DNA of 64,000 bases, from positions 71,610,001 through 71,674,000 of the forward strand of contig OX597823.1 in assembly GCA_951406725.2 (NCBI GenBank), in the 5' to 3' direction. Source of the stretch: Octopus vulgaris. Its lineage: Eukaryota. Of the stretch, positions 50,401 through 62,400 are shown in pieces (position 1 is the stretch's first letter; each line of letters opens with the position of its first letter). The position numbers and the translations under genes are program-made. The notes below the pieces were generated by a model, which saw nothing but the letters and a program-made list of their open reading frames with translations, had not been told where the DNA came from and did no database searches.

Positions 50401-53400
50401 CACTTTAAATTGCTAGTATTGCACCATTTGAAACCATTATTTCAAATTGCCAAATCAATGAATCAATATCTCATGAAAACTATATACTCTTCAAGTTATT
50501 CTGAGGTTGTCTGATTAAGCATCACTGGAGGATTTTAACCAAAACATCTTCTTACTACTGAAGACCAGCTTCATTTAATTGAAACCTCAGGCTTTATCTC
50601 CTTTCTATCTTATCAGATGAATTTGCATTAAAATTACCAATTTGTTTTTCATTACAGTTTTAATTCCAACTGATGAAAAAATATTTTTGCTTTAGAACAT
50701 TAAATATGTTAGCCCACACTTTACTATATGTTTTACATGCAAGCAGCTTCTTTGGGAAATTCTCCTCTACATTAACATATATTGCAGTAGCCAATTAAAT
50801 CTATAATATAAATTGGACATGGGCGATTGTTGTATTCTTTCTTGTCTTGAGGTTCACAGCCAAACGGCTGGGTAGATTCACATGAAAAATGGCACGCATG
50901 TGGAGATGGATGCATAGATTGGAATGCGGTTTGTATTTTTTCCCTAGCCCCCATACTTACCGAGAAAATCAATGAAATCTTTTTCTAATGGAATTCCCCA
51001 CTTTCTTCTGCCATTAAAACAACCAGTTGCTTAGAAGCTGTTTTCTGACGGGGTGGGGTCAGGAAATTTTCATACAGCTGGAGGCTCCAATCGAAACAGG
51101 GGACCCGAAATGATAAGGTTGAGAAACGCTGTTATAGATTATGCCTAATCGAAAATAAACACAGCCACATTATCCAAACAGACCAGGTGAAGCCGGGCTT
51201 AGCTGCTAGTCATCTATAAAGAATACATCCTTCATAGTTAATGGCTATTGTAGATGATAATACATGTTTTGTCTAACAATTATGTACTTTTCAATCTTTT
51301 ACTTTATTTCATTATGCTACCATGTTATACTATATAAGTCAATACTGTGACCGGTAGTGTTAGCAGTACTATTAAATTGCTTTTTATGGTTGGTTATCAC
51401 TACAGATTTTATATAGAAATCATAGCCAGCATTGATTTGTTATGACATTTCATATCCAAAAACATTGAATGTAAACAATGCCATTGAAGATGGGAAACAT
51501 AGATAAATGAGTGTATATGCATCTTTCAAGAGTTCTTGCTCATTCTTCACCACATCCAACCCATTAACCATCCATGAACTTGTATATAGTGGTGTTACTA
51601 ATTGGATGGATATACCAATTTTACATACTATACACATTTTTGGCAGCTGGTATGTACATATTAGTTACTTGTAGGGACACTGTATTTTGTTCTGCAACCA
51701 TAATATACTACAAAGAATATTCTTTTCTACGCTAGGCACAAGGCCTGAAATTTTGGTAAATTAGATCGACCCCAGTATGTAACTGGTACTTAATTTATTG
51801 CCCCCCCCCCAAAGGATGACCGCAGTGGAATTTGAACTCAGAACATAAAGACAGACAAAATGTCGCTCAAAATTTCACCCCATGTGCAAACATTTCTACC
51901 AGCTTGCCACCTTACTACAAAGAATATTAAATGTTTTATAAGTCAAATACTATGTTCTACTGTGTTAGCAGTGTTATTAAATCACTTTTTAAGGTTGTCT
52001 CTACAGATTTTTCTATCAAAATTATAGCCAGCACTGATTTGTTACAACATTTTGTATCTGGATATATTTAATGTAAGCAATTTGATTGAAGATATGAAAA
52101 TAAGTAATGGACGAATATACGATATGGAGTGGAAGAAGGAACAAGAACTCCTGAAATATGCTTATACACCTATTACCTATTTTTCCATTTCCAATTGCAT
52201 AGTTTACATTAGATGTATTCGGCTGTGAAACCTCATAATAAATCAGTGCTGGCTATAATTTCCTAATCATAAAAGGTGTTTTAATTTGACTCTTTTGATA
52301 ACAACCTGCTCAGAACTGCTTCTGATTTTTACTATACAAACATTTTGATTTAAAAGAAAAATCTAAATCAAAATATCCCATCAAAACTTCATACGTGTAG
52401 GAGTGGGTGTGTGGTAAATAGCTTGCTTACGAACCACATTGTTCCAGGTTCAGTCCCACTGCATGGCACCTTGGGCAAGTGTCTTTTACTATAGCTTCGG
52501 GCCAACCAAAGCCTTGTGAGTGGATTTGGTAGAAGGAAACTGAAAGAAGCCTGTCATATATATGTGTATATATATATATATATGTATGTGTGTACATGTT
52601 TGTGTGTTTGTGTTTGTCCCCCTAACATTGTTTGACAACCGATGCTGGTATGTTTACATCCCAGTAACTTAGCGGTTCGGCAAAAGAGACCAATAGAATA
52701 AGTACTAGGCTTACAAAGAATAAGTCCTGGGGTCGATTTGCTCAACTAAAAAGGTGGTGCTCCAGCATGGCCACAGTCAAATGACTGAAACAAGTAAAAG
52801 AGAGTTAAAAGAGTTATACGAGTTTGTTTCAAACATCGTTTCAGTTAGTCTAGTAAATTTTTCATCATTTAATTCAAAATTAATTGAAACAAGGAGTGTG
52901 TATTTGTATTTCAACCGAAATATGATCCTAAAAGAGTAAAATCTTTTTCATCTCTTACAACAGGATGCTATGATTCACCTTATTAAAATTTCCCGGATTA
53001 TTTGCACGACTAAAGGACATGCTCTTCTTGTTGGTGTTGGTGGCTCAGGAAAACAGAGTCTTACACGACTGGCTTCATTCATTGCTGGGTATACCACTTT
53101 CCAAATCACTTTGACCAGGTAAGAGTTTGATACTTGCTCTACCAATTACTACTTGCATTATAATTTAACATATCAGCACACCACCCATAATATTTACAGA
53201 GGAACAGTAGCTGTCATATTCTGGCTGAGTCTGACAACCACCGAAATCAACAGGCATACAAATAAAGTTGGCAGAGTAGAGTTCCTTTTCTCAAGATTGT
53301 TTCATTACACCCTATACATATTGGGGTGTAAACTATGCTCTCCAGCATGATGGCTTGGTACATACGGGGCAATAAATTTGTGAACTCATCAAGTTATACT

Positions 53401-56400
53401 CAAATTACTTCCTCTCAATCACAGCCGAACTGAGACTACATCACAACAACTATTTATAGCTTCAAGAACGGTTTGCTGTCATACAATGCCACCTCCTTTC
53501 ACTAAATATTTTCTTTCTTCCATTTATATGTTTTTTTATACTAGTATATCTATCCATTGGAGGCGCAATGGCCCAGTGGTTAGGGCAGTGGACTCCCGGT
53601 CATAGGATTGCAGTTTTGATTCCCAGACCGGGTGTTGTGAGTGTTTATTGAGCAAAAACAGCTAAAGCTCCATGAGGCTCCAGCAGGGAATGGTGGTGAA
53701 CCCTGCTGTACTCTTTCACCACAATTTTCTCTCACTCTTACTTCCTATTTCTGTTGTACCTGTTATTCAAAGGGCCAGCCTTGTCACTCTGTGTTACGTT
53801 GAATATCCCTGAGAACTACGTTAAAGGTACATGTGTCTGTGGAATGCTCGGCCACTTGCACGTTAATTTCATGAGCAGGCTGTTCTGTTGATTGGATCAA
53901 CTGGAACCCTCGTTGTCGTAAGCAACAGAGTGCCAACAGCAACATATCTATCCATATACCGTTTATACCTTTCTTATTCCATCTATACCTTTTCACATTT
54001 GACCACAGAACTTCCTTTTTGAGTAAAATGGATAAATGGACGTATTACAATGGTTCCTGAAAACTCTTTTACTTCAGAAAAATTCGTTTTCCATCAAACT
54101 ATGCCTGGTATATTTTTAAAAATATCTAATTAAAAAAATAACTTATACAAATCCTTAAATTAACTGCCTTCTCAAAATCTTCCCAAAGTTGGTGAATTGG
54201 TTTAAGTGATGTCTTGGTAGATTTATCAGACTGAGAGGTATTTAATTCAGTGTAATATACTCGACAATCAAATCCTGTGATGGTAACTATGTTTTTGATC
54301 TTCTTTAAGTTGATAGAAATGTACCAATCTAGAAGAGTTCATTGATAGAACTGTAAGAACATTGGACTGAATGCCTTTGTTCCTGCTCTTTGTGTTCCAA
54401 GTCGAAATTCCATTGTGGCCTACATGGATGGCAGACTCTATCCATCTCCTGACTGACCCTCCAATACCTGACACCTTTGGTGACCTTAGCTGAGTCCACT
54501 TTCTTGCAAGCATTCAGGTCTGCTCACTGCTTTGAGGAAATCTTCCTCCTTTGCCCCCACTCACCTTGGAAGCCCTGTGAAAGGTTACAGGTGCTCCCTT
54601 TCCCCTTGATTGAAAGATAAAAAAAGGAAACTAAACTAATTCTGTTATTTATCATTTTATTTGATAGATCATATACTACATCGAACCTAATGGATGACCT
54701 CAAGTATCTTTATCGTACTGCTGGACAGCATGGGAAAGGTATTACCTTTCTGTTTACTGACAATGAAATCAAAGAAGAAGGTTTTCTTGGCTTTTTGAAT
54801 AATATCCTTGCAACAGGAGAAGTAAGTTTATTGCCAGATCTTGCTTCCTTAGGAATAAAACCAAAAAATAAATAAATAAATAAATAAAAGATTAACCATT
54901 TAGCATTCAGAGTTCTCTGTCAAGTGCAATGCTTATTGCATTGTTTTGAAGTGATCTTGTAGCTTTGAGATTTTTATGAAGTGATTGTTTATTTTCAGAA
55001 TGACATTGTAGGATAGGTGTGAGCAGTCAGATGTGGACAGTTTGAACATAAAACGGGTAGAATATTTGGGCTAGATAGGTCCAGTTTAAATGTTAATGGG
55101 TTAATGTTAAAAATCTATCAATAACTTACACTTTGAATCTCACAGCCAACTAATTCCCTCATCTAGTTTGGTAGTAATATTGAAGATATCTGATATTTAA
55201 TGGTGTTTTTTTTTATTTGTGAAATTCCATACAAAAGAAGAAAAAAGTTTTGAATATCCTATTGTCTACAATATGTTAAAAAATTTGAGAATGTTAGGAG
55301 GGTACACCGGTAGCAGTTAAATACTGAGTTTAGGTTAATTTCTTTTAAAAATTTAAAGCAGTGAGGAGCTGATCATCATTGATCTCAATAGTTAATAATT
55401 GTAGTGATGTGTTGTTTATTGTTGTCAACAGTAATAAGGACAATGATGAAGAGAGCATTTTTAGTGAGGATTGCTTCATTGAGAATAATATTGGCTTTCT
55501 TTATTTCCACTGAATTATTTTTCTTCATGTTTCAGGTTGCCAACCTGTTTGCCAGAGATGAAATTGATGAAATTATTCAGGAATTATTTGCTCCAATGAA
55601 GAAGGACTTTCCAAGACGTCCGCCAACAAATGAGAATTGTTATGATTATTATCTCAGCCGTGTCAAGAAGAATTTGCATGTGGTTTTGTGTTTCTCCCCA
55701 GTAGGTGTCATTCATGATCTTCTCCAATGCCCATTGGTTTACTTGATTTTTTACATAATAACACAGTTGTACATTTATGTCCTATTTCCTAGTTACCAAG
55801 TACATTCTAATTCAACTCACAGTTTTTACTGTTTTTTTAAAACTGTTTTTGCAATAGTCTATGCTTCTTTAAATGTTCAAACTCTATGATCCATCTTCTG
55901 TAGATCATCTCACTGGAATCATTTGAAATCCTTTGCTCATTCTGTATTTGACAGAACTTATTTTCCTCTAAAACTCCTGTGAGTGGGTTCCTACCACAAC
56001 CAGACTATAGAATGTTTTTTTGCTCCAAAAGAATACTTATTTAGGGTAATACATGGTGTATACCTCCTTAAGGAATATGGTAACTTCACTAAGAAATTCA
56101 GATGTTAATCCCTCTGTAACATGGAGTAAAGGTCTGGGACACTTGAGGGGTGCAGGTCTCATCCTGTTACATTAAATTATTTGTCGAAGGAAAATCAAAA
56201 CTTTGAATATCTTCAACAGCATAAATAATATTTACTTTTCTAGATTCGCAATAATATATATACCACCAGACTGGCCCTCATGCCGGTGGCACGTAAAAGC
56301 ACCCACTACACTCTCGGAATGGTTGGAATTAGGAAAGGCATCCAGCTGTAGAAATACTGCCAGATCAGACTGAAGCCTGGTGCAGCCACCTGGTTTGCCA

Positions 56401-58295
56401 GCCCTCAGTCAAAATCGTCCAACCCATGCTAGCATGGAAAGTGGACGTTAAACGATGATGATGATGATGATGATATTTCTTTCAGGGTGAACCAGTAGCC
56501 ATGGGAGCTAGTCATTGTAGTTAAATGGTGTGAACCAAATGCTGTCTCGAACAAGCATAGTGTAGCTTCGCCACGTGTTGGCAGCTTGGGAGTGATGTGA
56601 TAACGTGTCCGTTCAATTTGGTGTCCACTTTGAGAGAGATCAATACAGCAGGAAATCTTGCTGTTGCTAGTTCTCTGCGCATGCGCATGAGGGAACTTCT
56701 AGTGGCCTCCAGGAAGAGATCCAACTCTGCACATGCGCGCTGAAGACTTCCAAAATGGCATCACTACACCTCTTACTTTAAATACATACAAAACTACAAA
56801 GATACGATTAACTTCTATAAAACTTCGTATCTATTTCCATCAATAAAACAATTAAGTGCTCTCGTGAGTCAGATCTATGAATGATGTAAAATTAGTCAAT
56901 TATTGAATTTGTTATTTGACTATCTTCAGAGTAACACTTAACACTAAAACAAAAATATTATAACGATTGCAACATGGAAGATGTTTGTAAGCCATTTAAG
57001 AACACACAAAAAACCGTTAGATTCACTTCAACATTTAAATATTAATTTGTCAAAATATATTCACCGCTTTGAAACCATGACCTGTTCACTAAAAAACTGA
57101 GTTAAGGTGACGAGCTGGCAGAATCATTAGCCCGCCGGGCGAAATGCTTAGCGGTAATTCGTTTGCCGTTACATTCTGAGTTAAAGAAATAGGTATTTTG
57201 TCTGCTGTTATGTTCTGAGTTCAAATTCTGCCGAGGTCGACTTTGCTGTTCATCCTTTCATTGTCGATAAATTTAGTACCAGTTACGCACTGGGGTTGAT
57301 GTAATCAACTTAATCCGTTTGCATGTCTTTGTTTGTCCCCTCTATGTTTAGCCCCTTGTGGGTAATAAAGAAATAACAAGAAAACTGAGTTACACTAATA
57401 AACAGCTGACAACTGAAATAAATTATAATTCTTATGCATCTGACATCTAGGGGTTTATTTATTTAGAATATTTAATTATTTAGCGTCATATTTGGGGAAG
57501 ACTTCTGAAATATCATTTTTGCTTCAGCTAAAATGCAATTTATTTCTAAACTGTTACTATACGTACATGATTTAGAAGGGCTCTTTCTGGAATTCTGTTA
57601 TCAAATATACAGATACTTGCTTCTGCCACTTAAGAAGTTCCCAATGGAAAACTAATTGCATGTTAAATTACACAATGATCACACTATGGTCAGTGAAAGA
57701 TAGTCTGGTCAAAGATTGTCTTTTATATTTAGGTTTACAAATAAAAGCAATAAAAGCAACTGTGATATAAATGTTGTAATAACATCAAAGCTTAAACATG
57801 ATATTTATAAAATCATGTCTTGTTGTTTCTTAGAGAACACCATTCGTTAGCATTGTTTTGTTTCTTGCTTCAGGTTGGAGAGAAATTCCGAAGCCGAGCA
57901 TTGCAGTTCCCTGGTTTGATTTCTGGATGTACTATGGACTGGTTTCAAGGTTGGCCAAGAGATGCTTTGGTGGCTGTGTCAAATCATTTCCTTGCATCTT
58001 TTGAAATAATTTGTTCAGATCCTGTGAAAGAAGCTGTGATAGAGACTATGGGTTCTTATCAGGTTAGTTGTAGAGTTTTTGTGAAAAGTCAACATTTCTT
58101 GTTAACTCTTTTTTTTTTATTTGTTTCAGTCATTTGACTGTGGCCATGCTGGAGCACCACCTTTAGTCGAGCAAATCAACCCCAGGGCTTATTCTTTGTA
58201 AGCCTAGTACTTATTCTATCGGTCCCTTTTGCTGAACCGCTAAGTTACGGGGACATAAACACACCAGCATCAGTTGTCAAGCGATGTTGGGGGAA

Positions 58296-58370
<75 letters not shown>

Positions 58371-59390
58371 GACAGGCTTCTTTCAGTTTCTGTCTACCAA
58401 ATCCACTCACAAGGCTTTGGTCAGCCCGAGGCTATAGTAGAAGACACTTGCCCAAGTTACCACACAGTGGGACTGAACCCGGAACCATATGGTCGGTAAG
58501 CAAGCTACTTACAACACAGCCACTCCTGTTCACAATTCTACTATAAGACTCCTCCATTTTAATTTTGATAGTTTCAGTAATTCAAGAAAATTGTATGAAG
58601 TCATGGTAAGGCTTCACTTTCATCATGGAAAATGGTGAGTTAGTAATTCTACTTTGATATCTTGTTTTCTACTTAGATGTTTTGTTTTCAGAGTGACACT
58701 GAATATATACACTCATCAGGTAGCTGATCTTGTTGAAACCTAAGCTAATTAGCTAATAGTATAGAGACTGGTTCATGTTACAAGGGAAGGATTGTAACTG
58801 AATAGAAAAACACAGAAACAGAAAATTAAAAATGGATGCGAAGTAAAGTATTGTAATATTCCCTGACTTTTTGTCGGCCAGATATCTCTCTTGCCTTACA
58901 GTCATTAACAGCTGTTTTAAAACAAATTCATGTTTATACAAATCAGTGAATGTTGGCATAATGAAGTTTATTCTTTATTTCATTCAGGATATTGTGTCTG
59001 GATTATCTGTTGACTATTTCAACAGCTACCGCCGACAGACACACGTGACACCAAAATCTTACTTGTCCTTCATCAAAGGCTATAAACAAATATATACTGA
59101 GAAGAAAAAAGAAATTGGATTTCTGGCTGATCGGATGAATACAGGTACAGCAATGATCTACTTTTGAACCATTGTTGAGGAAGTTAAACATTTTGGAATA
59201 GCTCGTTAATTTACTTGCTTAGTAATCAAGGCAATCAGTGGTCTAGAGGTTAGTTTGTTGGATTCACGATCATAGTGTCATGGATTTAATTACTGAACTG
59301 GGAATCAAATCTATGACCTTCAGTAAGGCACTTTGTTTCATATTGCTCCAGTCTACTCAGCTGTTATGAGTATCAACCAAATGCTGGTGT

Positions 59391-59426
<36 letters not shown>

Positions 59427-62400
59427 GTCTCTCACCAACCTTCACATCCTCCATGTTCCATTAAGTCAAGAGTGAGAGTGTCAAGAAGGTGGCTGTCAGT
59501 TTATGGCTTCATAGGCTTTTAAAACAATTAGTGAAAGCATGATACATGCTACCTGGCCAAACACGCTTGCAAGTAATAACTACATGTGCAAGCAAGGCAG
59601 AGCAGTGTCTTAGGAACCAAGTTATTGTTATTGCATTGGGATTTCTTTTCTTATATTTCTTAGTGACTAACTTTTAGGGGTAATGCTACAAGATAAATGG
59701 TTCTGGCAACGAATGACAGTCAGCAGGCCTAAAGAATACCTGTAAAGTCAGTAACGAGCTATAATTGAGGAAATGTACATCATCAAGATTGTTATCCTCA
59801 TCAGCAATATTTAACATCCATTTTCAATGATGGGATAGGTTACATGGCTTGACAGGAAATGGTAAGGCCATGGTCTGTTTAAGCTTGGTTTCTATAGCTG
59901 GATGCCCTTCCTTGTGCCAATTACTCCACAGAGTGTATTGGGTGCTTTGTACATGGTACCGTCACCAGTGCTTTTTACAGGGTACCAGTACTCACACCAA
60001 TGCTTTTTATGTGGTACCTCGGTTTTAGTGAGAGGTATAAAGAGGATGTATGTTGTGAATGGTGGAAAAGAGTGGAGGGTATCCATGTCAAATGCGAGCA
60101 AGGAATGATGATATAAACTGAAGGATGGGTGTCCATTGGGCGTGGCCCAGAGGAGAGGAAGGAGTGACTAGCAGTTACAGGAATGTTGTGGTGGGCAGGT
60201 CTATTCAGTTACAGTAATGTATCACATATCTCAGTCCTCTGTCATCTCTGTGCATACCAAATATTAACAGGGTATGTAAAATGTTGCATCAAAAAACACG
60301 AACCCACTGAGGTTATCCAAGCAGTAAGCATAACCAGTTCCCTGAAGCAGTGTTTAAAATCTAAAAAACAAACCAGACAGATAACTCCAATGATATTGTC
60401 ATCATCGTCATCATTGTCGTCGTCATCATCATCATCATCACCACCACCACCACCACCACCATTTTTACATTTGCTTTTCATGCCACCATGGGTTGGACAT
60501 TTTGACAAGATTTTTAAAGCCAGAGGACCACATTTCACTCCAGTGTCTCAGATTTGGCTGGGTTTCTCTGGATGGATACCCTTCCTTACACCAACTGCTT
60601 TGCAGAGTGTACTGGGTGTTTTTATTGTGGCACCAGCACTGTAGAGGGTGTCTTGTAACTCATTAGATTAAAGGATTCCACCCCTCAGCTCTAAAGGAGA
60701 ACAGGAGAGAAGGTGATTGCTTTATGTGAGGTGTTGAGAGGTTAAAGTATTGATGGTAAAGGTAAGGTAAAGGTTACCTTCTTGAGTCATTCCAGCACAT
60801 AAGGGCTGGTTTCCTGGTTTCCATGGCATACAGATTCCCGTCCTGGATGAGATGCCAGTCTGTTGTAGGATTACTCACTTTTCGCCAGCTGAGTGGAATG
60901 GAGAAATGTGAAATGAAGTGTTTTGCTCTAGAATACAACGCGTTACCTGGTCAAGGGATTGAAACCACAGTCTTATGATTATGAGTCCAACAACCTAACC
61001 ACTAAGCCATGTGCCTCCACCTAAAAAAACTTAGAAGGTTGGGCCTTCAGCCAGACCTTTTGTGATACCCTTAAAGCCAGGAACTTTACAGAACCTCCTT
61101 GTGTATACACACACACACACACATCTACATACAGATTCATGACAAATATACACCCCTTTACATAGGTAGAAGCATATATGAATGTGTGTGTGTGTGTATG
61201 TGTGTAAGTATGTTTCAAGCGTATACTTATATTCCTAAGTATATGTAAGTTTCTACATCGTGTCTTTATTTCTTAGAATTACTGTTGCTTTTGATGCTAA
61301 TTATCTTTAATTTGAAATCCAATACCTATTCAATATTATTTACACCATCATAAATTAATTAAACTCTATTTAATAGTGACAATTCATGATATACATCTTT
61401 CCTTAAATACTGCGACGTAGACTCTGAGGCTATCCGCTGGTCTCCTTATAGCTCTCCCTCCTTCTTACAATCATAAATACTTTGTGTGACAAATTACAGC
61501 AATAATTTAATTACTTCTTTCCTGAAGATGTGTTACTGGGGTTACTTAACATGCTGTGTACTGTGCAATCACCATCTCTAAAACATTAATGTACCGTAAG
61601 CAAAGGATGAATACATTAATCTGTTTTTGTTTTCCCTTGTTATTTAATTATCGTGTGTGTGTGTGTCTGTGTGTGTATAATTACTCAGTTTTATTGCAAG
61701 ATATTTTGCCAATAGTGGAAAAGCTGGTTTCTAACCTAGATCCAAGGCTCCTTTTGTTTGAATTTCAACAACATCAACGCAGTATTTTTACATACATGCA
61801 TACATGTGTGTATGTATATGTGCATGTATGTATGTATGTATGTATTTGTTTCTTTATTACCCACAAGGGGCTAAACATAGAGGGGACAAACAAGGACAGG
61901 CAAATGAATTAAGTTGATTACATCGACCCCCAGTGTGTAGCTGGTACTTAATTTATCGACCCTGAAAGGATGAAAGGCAAAGTCGACCTCGGCAGAATTT
62001 GAACTCAGAACGTAATGGCAGATGAAATACGGCTACACATTTTGCCCAGCGTGCTAACGATTCTGCCAGCTCACTGCCCTAGTATGTATGTATGTATGTA
62101 TGTATGTATGTATGTATGTATGTATGTATGTATGTATGTATGTATGTATGTATGTATGTATGTATGTATGTATGTATGTATGTATGTATGTATGTATGTA
62201 TGTATGTATGTATGTATGTATGTATGTATGTATGTATGTATGTATGTATGCATGCATGCATATTTTGAGTCAGTGCATATGAAGATTTGCATGTTTTGTT
62301 TTATGTTTTTGTGTATGTATATATTTTTTATTGTTTACTTGTTTTGGCCATTGGACTGTGGTCAGTCTGGGGCACTGCCTTGAAAGGTTCTAGCCAAGCA

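Noticed and set aside
54268-54513. ORF with ISTWNT motif as a nested gene or LINE endonuclease start
   Set aside because: Possibly a decayed LINE 5' fragment, but too short and degenerate to support.
55404-55889. ORF-track extensions around dynein exons (also 28237, 57820, 58871, 63085)
   Set aside because: Only the parts between splice sites resemble dynein; flanks are intron read-through.
56500-57100. Island with TGCGCATGCGCA motif as a promoter
   Set aside because: No other promoter evidence; context suggests a repeat remnant; not testable by eye.
62015-62383. MYVC/HTYI repeat ORFs
   Set aside because: (TATG)n microsatellite.
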